Assembly: GCA_039586365.1 (NCBI GenBank)
Contig: JBDHKN010000002.1
Location: 32,001-96,000 of the forward strand
Length of the DNA: 64,000 nt
Source of the DNA: Gemmatimonadota bacterium
Lineage (GTDB): Bacteria; Gemmatimonadota; Gemmatimonadetes; Gemmatimonadales; GWC2-71-9
Direction: 5' to 3'
Shown: in pieces, positions 19,477-28,543 of the stretch
Position numbering within the stretch: the first letter of the stretch is position 1
How the letters are laid out: each line of letters starts with the position of its first letter
The notes under the pieces: generated by a model
Seen by the model: only the letters and a program-made list of their open reading frames with translations
Database searches by the model: none
What the model was told of the DNA's origin: nothing
Made by a program: the position numbers and the translations under genes

Positions 19477-20801
19477 GGCTCCCTCCCAGCGGGGTCGGAG
19501 TCTTCTTCACCTGGTGCGGGACGGGGCGGCGTTGGGCCTAAATCTCTGAGTGGCAGCCCGGCCTCTGGAATCTCAGACGCACCTCGCACGGACTCTGCAG
19601 CGGGTCGCGACGATGGACTTACCGATCGGATTTGACGTCCCGTGAGCCAGGCCACACCGAAACCGATGAAGAAGATCAACCCGAGAGCCGCAGCTAGGGG
19701 CCTGTGTCTCAGCCGCCTTTCCGGCCTACGGTCAAATAGCGGAACCAGCACTAGGCTAAATCCAAGTAGTGTGAATCCCGTAAGACCCCACGGACCGAGG
19801 AAGCGAATGAGAGCGAGCGACACATCGACCGGGACCCAGGTGGATACCAGTTCACCTGGAACCAGATACGGATTCGCGGCATCCCCCACCGGTCGGGGGA
19901 ACAGAGCGGCCAACGAAATGGCTACAGCAAGAACCAAGACCACCACTACGAATGACCGGAGAAGGTGGTTCGGGAAGAACGGGATGCCCTGCGGGAAGTC
20001 CTCCAGTTTCCACTGCGCACTTGCGCGCCAAGAATCTCGATCCTCACGGACGTCAGTCGGAGGCGCGACACCCCGACGGCGAACGAGTGTGAAATGGTAA
20101 ACCAACAAGACCAGCGCAATCCACGGCAACACGATCACGTGTAAAGCGAAGAAGCGACTCAGCGTGGCACCCGAGACAATAGCGTCTCCCATGATTGCTT
20201 CCGTGATGACACCGCCCAGCAGCACTGTGCTCGACATCACGTCTAGCACTTCCGACACAGTCCAATAAGCCCATTGGTCCCACGGAAGCAGGTACCCTGT
20301 GGCACCGAAGGCGAGAACGATGAACAGCAGCAGCAGGCCGACGAGCCAATTGGTTTCGCGTGGCGGCTTGTAGGCAGCCGCGAAGTAGACGCGCCCCATA
20401 TGCGCCAGCACAGCGAGCACGATCAGATTGGCGGACCAAACATGCAGGTCGCGTATCAGCCATCCAAATGAGACGTCTGAGACAATGTGCTGTATGCTCG
20501 GGTAGGCCTCCTGTACCGACGGCCGGTAGAACAAAGCGAGGAGGACTCCTGTTACCACCAAGATCATGAAGAGGAGGTACGTGATCCCACCAAACGCATG
20601 GCGCCACCCGACGTGCGGCGGCAGCCGGTAGCGCAGCGCCTTCTGCAGTGCTTGGTCGATTCGCAGGCTGCGATCAATGGGCCCATAAAGGAGTCCGAGG
20701 AAACGAGCTACACCGAGAATGCTGGCGTCGGTGCTCGCCTTGATGTCGGTCCACATGTTCGTGAACCAACTCGTCACCGCCCTCCACGTTCGCCCGATCA
20801 T
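19473..20801 (-). CDS. Cytochrome b paralog with degenerate Qo motif
   Basis: Four heme His retained (DLHVW..LAHMG; LHVIV..VYHFT), GYLLPW present; PEWY position reads STWV (19833-19844). Confidence 0.92.
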   Translation of the reverse strand: MIGRTWRAVTSWFTNMWTDIKASTDASILGVARFLGLLYGPIDRSLRIDQALQKALRYRLPPHVGWRHAFGGITYLLFMILVVTGVLLALFYRPSVQEAYPSIQHIVSDVSFGWLIRDLHVWSANLIVLAVLAHMGRVYFAAAYKPPRETNWLVGLLLLFIVLAFGATGYLLPWDQWAYWTVSEVLDVMSSTVLLGGVITEAIMGDAIVSGATLSRFFALHVIVLPWIALVLLVYHFTLVRRRGVAPPTDVREDRDSWRASAQWKLEDFPQGIPFFPNHLLRSFVVVVLVLAVAISLAALFPRPVGDAANPYLVPGELVSTWVPVDVSLALIRFLGPWGLTGFTLLGFSLVLVPLFDRRPERRLRHRPLAAALGLIFFIGFGVAWLTGRQIRSVSPSSRPAAESVRGASEIPEAGLPLRDLGPTPPRPAPGEEDSDPAGREP

Positions 20802-21256
20802 GCTTCATCCCCAACGTACACCACGCCGTTTCGCAAGAAGACCGAGTAGCGCTGCAACGGCGTGGTGGTAAGACCTGCAACGACGTTGCCCTGCAGATCG
20901 AAGACAACGTAATTGCAGGGAGACACCACTCTCAGAGATTCCAGATCCCAGCGCAGCACGCAGCCGTCTTTGGGGGATGTTCCCTGCAGCCCGACGAAGC
21001 GTTGCTCGCCACTCCGCACCACCAAAACCGTCCTGTCCCCCCAACTCACTATACGGCTCGCACCAACCGGAAAATCGGCTTCTCGCGCCACCCTAACACC
21101 GGGCAGCAGTTCTGAGATTTCCAGATGCTCCCGAGGCAACACGTACAGGGCAAGGATCAAACCCAACCCGGCCAGCATCAGGAGGGTCACGGCACCTAGC
21201 AGGAGATCGTTGAAGCCAAGTTTGGCGGGTTGGCTCTCATCGCCCATATCAATCAT
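20798..21256 (-). CDS. Rieske-fold protein lacking Fe-S ligands
   Basis: TM anchor; aligns to the Rieske fold (FDLQGNVVAG...PL..Y.V) but boxes read SPKDGC and SPCN; no RR motif. Confidence 0.85.
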   Translation of the reverse strand: MIDMGDESQPAKLGFNDLLLGAVTLLMLAGLGLILALYVLPREHLEISELLPGVRVAREADFPVGASRIVSWGDRTVLVVRSGEQRFVGLQGTSPKDGCVLRWDLESLRVVSPCNYVVFDLQGNVVAGLTTTPLQRYSVFLRNGVVYVGDEA

Positions 21257-21333
21257 CTCTTAAGCTCTTTCGCTCACGCTACAACACTCCAGAAGTTACG
21301 CTCCACCATCCGGCACGGGACCCTCATGCAGCA

Positions 21334-21363
21334 GGCCCCGTCCTGCAGGAGGAGGGCGGGGCC
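21334..21363. terminator. GC-rich intergenic hairpin (terminator or mRNA-stabilising stem)
   Basis: GGCCCCGTCCT-N8-AGGGCGGGGCC. Confidence 0.4.
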
Positions 21364-21441
21364 ACAGCTTCGAATGATTGTCTCTGGCGGTCGCAGCTGA
21401 CACGCACGTACCGGCCGTGCCACAAGCGGCGTTGTGTCACA

Positions 21442-22992
21442 TCAATCCCGCGTTCCCCGCGACGGTTGTGCGTCAATCGTCAAATCGACTCCGGCTGGCA
21501 GCACGATCCCGTAGTGGTCCGCTGCCGCGGTGATAGAAGCCTTCAGAAGGGCCTCGAGGAATGGTGGATTGTGGACTCCATTGCCACTAGTGGGATGGGC
21601 GCCGAACTCAACCGTGTCGTTCGCGGCCACCACAATGAAGGCCTCCCGGAAGTATGGCGTGTCGTCCGTGGCCGCCAGCTGTGCATTCCATAGCACTCCC
21701 TCAGCGAACGTGAACAACGTGTCAGACACATCCAGCTCTTTCGGACCAATGGTCGCAACGATCTGTGCCAACACGCCAGCATCGGTGGGAGCCGCGTCCA
21801 GGTGGTCGTCGCCGTTGGAGTCGACCCAGATCTGGCCCAAGAGTACATTCAGCTCGTCGGCGAACGCTTCGTAGATCGCTTGGGAGTTGGCCTCGGTGCC
21901 ATGACAGCTTGCACAGGCGCTGAACGTGCGCTCGTCGTTAGTGCAAGGACCGGGCTCCGGAATCCCGTCCGCATCCACACACGGAATGGCCTCAAAGCTG
22001 TGTCCCACGCTTTGGAAGAATTCGGGCTGGGTCACAGTGAACGATGCAACGTGGCAGGTTGCACAAAGACCGGGATTGACGGCGGGATTGCCGTGGGCAC
22101 CGGTCAATCCATCTAGCCACTCGAAGCCCGGCGCCCACCAACCGATGTTCTGACCGAGCACCAAAGGACCTTGGGCACCGTGCGGCCCGTGCGTAGTTGC
22201 AGTCGGTACCGTCGTCGTACTATGACACTTGATGCAAAGGTTGTTCTTCGTGGCTACCGAGATCGGGGCCCGCAATTGGCCGGGATTCGGGCCGCCGTGA
22301 GGGTCGTGGCACACCGCACACGTGATGTCCAACAGCTCTCCGGTACCCTTTTCCAGATAGTCCGCCGACACCCCGAACTGACTCTCGAGCGCTTTCGTAC
22401 CCTCATGACAATCGTTGCACGGCGACCTTCCCTTGGCGAAGCTGGTGGTGTTCCCGTGGCGGGACTCCTCCCACTGCTCGACAAAGGGATGGTGTGCGTC
22501 GCTGTGGCATTCGCCACATCCGTTGGTGGCAGCCTCGCCAACTGCGATTGACGCTAGGGGTCGTGTGAACGTCGGATCGCTCACATGGTTGACCCCTGGG
22601 CCATGGCAAGATTCGCACTGCACATCTTGATACGCCGAATCGGCGACCAAGCTAAACCCAGCCGGTTCAGCCAGCGCGTTGCCCAGCTCATTGACCGTAT
22701 GGCATCCCTCGCATGATTCCTCCGCGAAATCGGAACTCTGCAACCCAGCCCAGGCGTCGGCATGTGCTGTCTCGGCCCATTCAGCCTGCTTGTCGGCATG
22801 GCAGTTACCGCAGGTCGTCTGCTTCTCCGCCGTCAGGTAGTAGCCCAGGAAGCCGGAGGCAGCATCCGGCGGCGGGTTGAACGGCTCTACATCGCGGAAA
22901 ACAATGTCATCTTTGGTACAACCCGTGGCCAACACCACAGATGCCACGAACGTTGCGAGCCAGCGACGCGAGGAAAACGGATGTTCGTGCAC
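21442..22992 (-). CDS. Nonaheme cytochrome c lipoprotein (candidate outer-surface cytochrome)
   Basis: GTG start after GAGG; lipobox LATG-C; 9 CxxCH; C-terminal helical domain with GVHNP. Confidence 0.9.
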   Translation of the reverse strand: MHEHPFSSRRWLATFVASVVLATGCTKDDIVFRDVEPFNPPPDAASGFLGYYLTAEKQTTCGNCHADKQAEWAETAHADAWAGLQSSDFAEESCEGCHTVNELGNALAEPAGFSLVADSAYQDVQCESCHGPGVNHVSDPTFTRPLASIAVGEAATNGCGECHSDAHHPFVEQWEESRHGNTTSFAKGRSPCNDCHEGTKALESQFGVSADYLEKGTGELLDITCAVCHDPHGGPNPGQLRAPISVATKNNLCIKCHSTTTVPTATTHGPHGAQGPLVLGQNIGWWAPGFEWLDGLTGAHGNPAVNPGLCATCHVASFTVTQPEFFQSVGHSFEAIPCVDADGIPEPGPCTNDERTFSACASCHGTEANSQAIYEAFADELNVLLGQIWVDSNGDDHLDAAPTDAGVLAQIVATIGPKELDVSDTLFTFAEGVLWNAQLAATDDTPYFREAFIVVAANDTVEFGAHPTSGNGVHNPPFLEALLKASITAAADHYGIVLPAGVDLTIDAQPSRGTRD

Positions 22993-23189
22993 GGTCTACC
23001 TCGAGGAGAAGTGTATGGTACTCTTTGACTTCTAGTATCCCAATTATGAAGGAGAACAGCAAGTGGTTCCCCTATTCCGTTAAGGCTTCTTCAGCATCTA
23101 TTTATGCGCTTTCGGACACCGTTGTGGAGTCCTGAGAATTCACGAGGAGTGTGGGTCCAATCCGTTTCCAAGAGGGTAGGGTACAGTAC

Positions 23190-23651
23190 GTGAGTGACCA
23201 GCTTTCTACAAGGCAGCGTGTCGCCCTCAGAGCGGTATGCCGAACGATTCTCCCCGCCCCAATCAGTGATCTGGAGGGTATCGCTCTCGAGCAATCTACT
23301 GGGCGGGCAGAACAACTGATTGCGTCGCTCGCCGACCCCGGGAACCGCGCACGCCTCTTGGCCCTCCTGACGGTCCTGGGTTCGCCCATCGCGAACCTCG
23401 TTCTGGGGGGCCGGGCTGCTGCACTCCAAGCGATGGAGCGGTCGGACCGTGAGGAAGTCCTCCGTGGATGGACTCAATCCCGAGTGCCCCAGACCAATCT
23501 GCGGTGCGGGGAAACAGGTGAGTCTCATGAGGTACCGGGGCTCTACGTCGCCGCCGCGAGCGTGTTCCCCACCTCGAGCGGTGTGAACCCCATGATCACT
23601 ATCATGACAATAGCAGATCACGTCGCACGGGGGCTGGCTGACCGCTTGTGA
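23190..23651 (+). pseudogene. Internally deleted GMC oxidoreductase (long-chain alcohol oxidase-like) remnant
   Basis: C-terminus GESHEVPGLYVAAASVFPTSSGVNPMITIM is the GMC C-terminal signature; no FAD-binding GxGxxG or core; only about 150 aa. Confidence 0.75.
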
Positions 23652-23679
23652 GGACGCGCGAGCCTAGAGCAACGAGTCA

Positions 23680-23708
23680 GGCCGGCCTTCGTCCCACGAA
23701 GACCGGCC
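23680..23708 (-). terminator. Hairpin downstream of octaheme lipoprotein
   Basis: Minus strand GGCCGGTCTTCGT-GGG-ACGAAGGCCGGCC with one G-U pair. Confidence 0.55.
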
Positions 23709-23756
23709 CGCTCATGACGCTCAAGTCAGCTTATCAGAGGTGCGGCTGCCGGTCCA

Positions 23757-25241
23757 CTAGTTGTGAATGCCGTTAGCCTTCGTTGCCAGCTCCGCCATGG
23801 TCCTCTGGCTGAAGCCCCCGCCCTCCGCAGATACCGGGTCCGTATGACAGGAATAGCAGGCAAAATCGAGAGTCACCCATCCCTTGTCCATAAACGTTCC
23901 ACCGGCATCGAACATGTTGTCCTTGATCAGATTGCCATCGGTGTTGATTCCGAAGATGTGGGTGCGCACGTCACCCTCAAAACCGTGCACTGCTCTCGCT
24001 GACATCGTGGCCCGCGGCATATGACAATCCACGCAGCCCGGAGCCGAATTATGCGAATTGTTGGCCGCCTGATCCGGGTGACAACTTTCACACGTTGCCA
24101 CTATACCCCCGTTGGCAGCGTTGCCGTACAGGACGCCAACATGTGCGTCATGGCAGTCGTTGCAGCTCAGGTTTGCGTGAGTTCCCGCCAACAGCTCATT
24201 GTACTGTTCGTGATGTCTGATAAAGCCACCACTGGCAGGGATGGTCTGAGCGTCACCGCGGATATGGCACTGACCGCACAATTCTGCGCTGTCGTCTACC
24301 GTGATGTCAGACCCTGATTGGCTCGCGACATGATTCGCACCGGGACCGTGACACGCTTCGCAAGTAATCCCCGTCTCCTCCCAGGTACCAGCTATGCCCA
24401 CAAGACCATCCTGATGCACGCCACCATTGTCAGCAAAGCTCTGCCATCCAGTTGTATGACAGGCGCCGCAATCGTACGGCTTCCGTTCAGTATCTGTCGC
24501 CTGGTATGGTACCCACTCCGATGGCAGGCCACCCCCCAAGTCACTCCGCGGCAGGTTGTACTGCACGTCGACACCGTCCATCGCATTGGTCATGACCCAA
24601 CCCGAATCGGCGGTTATGTAGCGTGCTTTCCACCCATACCCCCCAATCACGTAAGCTATGTCGCTCCAGGCCGCTCTCGAAGCCCCGGGTGGAGGCGTCG
24701 GTACCTCGCTGTGTGGATACTCGGGCGCTTGCCCGTTCACGATCTTGTTCAGCTTGTAGGGATGACCCGAGTTGAGCATTTCCTCGGAGTAGTTGAAGTG
24801 ACAGTTCCTGCATACATGGCTAGTCACGTAGCCCCGCGCCGAATGCGCGATGATCGCAAAAATACCGTCACTCTCGTCCTCGCCCGTCTGCCCGATGGTA
24901 TCCTTCGCAACCGCCTTCACGGTTACGCTGAACACGTTGGCATCGGGAACCGTCCAAGTGTAGCTGGAGCCTGTGACACCGCTGGCGATCATGGCTTCAA
25001 AACCACCAGAGAGATAGCTGAGGTCGACGCCCACCACTCCAATATCGTCCGTCGCGGTCCAAGTGATCTCAACGTTTGAACCTGGCTGAACGACTTCACC
25101 ACCGTTGGGGGCTGTGAGCTGAATGGTGGGTGGGTTGTCCTCCGGAGAGACGATCGGCTCCGTCCCATCGTCACACCCCGCAACCAGCCCGACAACCACG
25201 AGCACAGAGAGTCCAGCTAGCAACTTTCGCACTGGCTTCAT
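23757..25241 (-). CDS. Octaheme cytochrome c lipoprotein with N-terminal Ig-like domain
   Basis: GGAGAGGAG RBS; lipobox LVAG-C; beta-rich APNGGE..ITW..YTW.VP domain; 8 CxxCH. Confidence 0.9.
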   Translation of the reverse strand: MKPVRKLLAGLSVLVVVGLVAGCDDGTEPIVSPEDNPPTIQLTAPNGGEVVQPGSNVEITWTATDDIGVVGVDLSYLSGGFEAMIASGVTGSSYTWTVPDANVFSVTVKAVAKDTIGQTGEDESDGIFAIIAHSARGYVTSHVCRNCHFNYSEEMLNSGHPYKLNKIVNGQAPEYPHSEVPTPPPGASRAAWSDIAYVIGGYGWKARYITADSGWVMTNAMDGVDVQYNLPRSDLGGGLPSEWVPYQATDTERKPYDCGACHTTGWQSFADNGGVHQDGLVGIAGTWEETGITCEACHGPGANHVASQSGSDITVDDSAELCGQCHIRGDAQTIPASGGFIRHHEQYNELLAGTHANLSCNDCHDAHVGVLYGNAANGGIVATCESCHPDQAANNSHNSAPGCVDCHMPRATMSARAVHGFEGDVRTHIFGINTDGNLIKDNMFDAGGTFMDKGWVTLDFACYSCHTDPVSAEGGGFSQRTMAELATKANGIHN

Positions 25242-25460
25242 AGACCATGACTCCTCTCCAAGGTGCGTGACCACATCCAGAGCCGATACGATTCCTGTTG
25301 CGTCAGCCGCTAGATTGCGACGGTGCAGTGGACATGATCGGTCTGCCTGGACAGTATCACAACCCGTAGCAATGCGCAGGCGCCGCAAGCTAGCTTGGGC
25401 GACTATCTGAAGCATACTATCACAAGGATGTTGGCATTACAAGAACGGAGTAACTGACAC

Positions 25461-26765
25461 CTAAGCCAACACCCTCCGCAGCAGGTCCAACGCTCGCTCG
25501 GCATCGTCTTCGCTAAAGGTTAACGAGGGTCTGAACCGGATGGACCTGGGACCGCACACCAGAACAGCCAAGCCCTCATCCCAGCACCGCCGCCGGATGC
25601 TCTCCCGTATCTCCCCATCGGGTAAGTCCAGGGCCAACATCAGACCTCGGCCACGCACGTTGCTCACACTGGGGAACTCTGTCTGCAACCCTGCGAGACC
25701 TTCCAGGAAGATTCTCCCGACCTTGGCCGCGTTCTCTACCAGACGATCCTCAGCGATGATCTGTAGGTAGCGGGCACAACGGACCATGTCCACGAGGTTG
25801 CCACCCCAGGTGGAATTGATCCGCGAGGAGACGTGGAACACATTGGTCTCGACCGTGTCGATCCGCCGCGTACTCATCATGCCACAGACCTGCGTCTTCT
25901 TGCCGAAGGCAAGAATGTCGGGCGTCACCCCGAGCTGCTGGTAGGCCCACATTGAGCCGGTCATGCCGACACCCGTCTGAATCTCGTCGAATATCAACAA
26001 GGCGTCACGTTCATCGGCAATGGCCCGTAGCTTGTGGAAGAAATCGGGACGGAAGTGGTTGTCGCCTCCCTCTCCCTGAATCGGTTCGATCAGAATCCCG
26101 GCTATCCCATGGGGATCCCTGTCAAACGCTGCGTGGATCTCGGCTATGGATTGTGCCTCCGCCGCCGCGACAGAAGCTTCATTCAACGGGAAGTGGATCT
26201 TGGGGTTTGATACTCTCGGCCAGTCGAACTTGGGATAGTCACGAACCTTGAGTGGCTCGGTGTTAGTGACCGAGACCGCGTAACCGGTGCGCCCGTGAAA
26301 TGCCTCCCGGAAGTGGAGAATCTTGTCACCACCCCCCGCAATTCCCCCAGCCCTATTGCGCTGCACCTTCCAGTCGAACGCCGCCTTCATCGCATTTGCC
26401 ACCGCCACCGACCCGCCAGCGACGAAGAACAGGTAGGGAAACTCAGCCGGCGCTGCAATGTCACGAAAGGTCTCGACAAACGCCGCGAACTCGCGGCTGT
26501 ATACATCGCTGTTGGCGGGATTGCTCAACGCAGCGACCATGAGTGACTGGCGGAACCCTTCGTCGCACATCTTGGGGTGGTTGTGGCCCACCGGCAACGA
26601 CGCGAAGTATGAATAGCAATCCAGGTACTCCTTGCCATCAAGCGCATCTACCATGATCGAACCACGCGATTTCTCAAGGTCGATCACCATGTGAAAGCCG
26701 TCGACCAGAACATTCTCCCGAAGTACTGGGAAAACTCGATCGGCTGGCACAGATATCTGAGGCAT
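25461..26765 (-). CDS. lat: L-lysine 6-transaminase (class III PLP aminotransferase)
   Basis: NPANSDVYS, KAAFDWK, AFHGRTGY, EPIQGEGGDNH, FDEIQTG, FGKKTQVCG, SSRINSTWGGNLVDM. Confidence 0.9.
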   Translation of the reverse strand: MPQISVPADRVFPVLRENVLVDGFHMVIDLEKSRGSIMVDALDGKEYLDCYSYFASLPVGHNHPKMCDEGFRQSLMVAALSNPANSDVYSREFAAFVETFRDIAAPAEFPYLFFVAGGSVAVANAMKAAFDWKVQRNRAGGIAGGGDKILHFREAFHGRTGYAVSVTNTEPLKVRDYPKFDWPRVSNPKIHFPLNEASVAAAEAQSIAEIHAAFDRDPHGIAGILIEPIQGEGGDNHFRPDFFHKLRAIADERDALLIFDEIQTGVGMTGSMWAYQQLGVTPDILAFGKKTQVCGMMSTRRIDTVETNVFHVSSRINSTWGGNLVDMVRCARYLQIIAEDRLVENAAKVGRIFLEGLAGLQTEFPSVSNVRGRGLMLALDLPDGEIRESIRRRCWDEGLAVLVCGPRSIRFRPSLTFSEDDAERALDLLRRVLA

Positions 26766-27171
26766 TGTTGTCTCCCGAGCATCTTTGTTGAGTCGGTCGT
26801 CCCGATCACTGGAGTCTGCCTAGAGCGGGACGGCGATCGCGACGCGGGTGCGTCTAGATACTCACGGAGTTCGGTGGCGCAAAAATCCCTGGACGGGCGT
26901 TTTGAGGAAGGAGTTTTGACACTGCGTGTCCCGGCATAACCTGTCTCATCCCGGCTCCCGAATGACTGTCGTTAAATGTAGCGGTGCGGGCTGACTCTGG
27001 CGATCAGAACCAAGCAACCGCGACTCCTCACACGCTGTGATGGTGTGTCTGCACTCGGCGCGCCTAGACGGCCCACTGGCAGATCGGCCTGGTTGTTCCA
27101 CCGCTTCAGAACCACGGCAGCGCCGGATTCCGAGTGCACGCTCACCTACTCAACACCTCCGTGTCAGTGTC

Positions 27172-28539
27172 TCAGACCGGCTGTGTCGCAGACCTGCGCC
27201 AGAGCCAAAACGCCGGCAAGCCAAGAAAGATTAGGCCCGATCCGATTGCCGCGTTAGCCGGATTGGAAAGCACAGAACTGACTACCACGTATAGAGCGGC
27301 CACCACAAACAGGCCCGGGACCCACGGATAGCCCGGCGTCCGAAAGCCGCTCGGCAAATCTCGGCGCCCGTTCGGCTCTCGATACCGAAAAACGAACACG
27401 GTCGCGCCACAGAGGCCAAAGAAGATCCAGTCACCGAACACCACGTAATCGAGCAACTGGCCGTAAGTCCCACTGAGTGTCAGCAGAATCGCCCAGACCG
27501 CCTGGAAGACTATCGCAACGCTGGGCGTTCTGAAGCGCTCGTGTAGCTGCGCTGCGCGACGGAAGAACACCCCGTCTCGCGCCATAGCCTGGTACACCCG
27601 CGGCGTTACCAGAATCACGAGGTTGAGGAATCCGAACGTCGAAACAGCAATGCCCGCCGCAATGAACGTTGCCCCGTGACGGCCAACTGTGCGAGTCATC
27701 ACATCGGCGGCTGGAGCCAGGCTGCCAGCCAGGCCTGGGACTCCGAGCTGACGGACATAGACGATGTTGGCCATGACATAGACGAGGACGACTCCAGCCA
27801 CCCCGAGTATCAATGCTCGAGGTAGCGTACGCTCCGACTCGATGATTTCCTCCGCGACGAAGTTGGTTTGCTGCCAGCCACCGTATGCGAACAGTACCGG
27901 GATCAACGCCACACCGATGGCTGCTGCGAGGCCGCCCGGTCCACTTGGGTTTGGGAGACTGACCGACCCAGACACGGGAAGCGACGGTGCCCGTGCGATT
28001 GCTAGGCCAAGGATGATGAGACCGGCCAGCGCCACCAGTTTCAGGACGGTGAAGATGTTCTGAGTGGCAGCACCCGGACGCACTCCAGCATAGTTGATCA
28101 GCGACAGAATCACGATTGCGCCTATGGCGAGCGGTACCACAGATCTCTCACCTAGTCCTACCAGCACCGCGGCGTACCGCGCGAACGTCACTGCCACCGC
28201 CGCGATCGCCCCCGTCGCGATTACCAGAAGCAGGGTCCAACCGTAAAGGAAGGCCGGTAGCGGGCCAAAGGCATCACGGAGGTAGACGTATCCACCTCCG
28301 GCACGCGGACGTCGTGCGCCAAGCTCAGCGAAACAAAAAGCCCCGGCGAGGGCTATCGCACCACCGATCACCCACACCCCAACCGTCAGAACTCCGCTCC
28401 CGACCCGTTGAGCTACGATAGCAGGATTGAGGAAGATGCCGGCACCGATGATCCCACCCATAACCAGCATGGTAGCGTCGAACAACCCCAAGCGACGCGC
28501 GTACTCAGCACGGGGATGTGAAGGTCCGTGTGGTCTCAC
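27172..28539 (-). CDS. APC-superfamily amino acid permease
   Basis: GGIIGAGIF, AELG..P.AGG.Y, FAYGGW, R..QAMARDG; about 12 TM; likely GTG start at 28539. Confidence 0.92.
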   Translation of the reverse strand: MRPHGPSHPRAEYARRLGLFDATMLVMGGIIGAGIFLNPAIVAQRVGSGVLTVGVWVIGGAIALAGAFCFAELGARRPRAGGGYVYLRDAFGPLPAFLYGWTLLLVIATGAIAAVAVTFARYAAVLVGLGERSVVPLAIGAIVILSLINYAGVRPGAATQNIFTVLKLVALAGLIILGLAIARAPSLPVSGSVSLPNPSGPGGLAAAIGVALIPVLFAYGGWQQTNFVAEEIIESERTLPRALILGVAGVVLVYVMANIVYVRQLGVPGLAGSLAPAADVMTRTVGRHGATFIAAGIAVSTFGFLNLVILVTPRVYQAMARDGVFFRRAAQLHERFRTPSVAIVFQAVWAILLTLSGTYGQLLDYVVFGDWIFFGLCGATVFVFRYREPNGRRDLPSGFRTPGYPWVPGLFVVAALYVVVSSVLSNPANAAIGSGLIFLGLPAFWLWRRSATQPV

Positions 28540-28543
28540 TGCC

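Noticed and set aside
21408..21422. Minus-strand TGGCACG resembling a sigma54 -24 box
   Set aside because: The -12 position reads GTAC rather than TTGC, so the required GC is absent.
23036..23073. Candidate promoter for the minus-strand cytochrome cluster (GG-N10-GC, or TTGCTG-N17-GATACT)
   Set aside because: Both readings are weak matches and I cannot choose between them.
11066..25241. Recurrent GTGGCA/GTGACA-N6-GCA words resembling a DNA repeat family
   Set aside because: They are the reverse-complement codons of CxxCH heme motifs.
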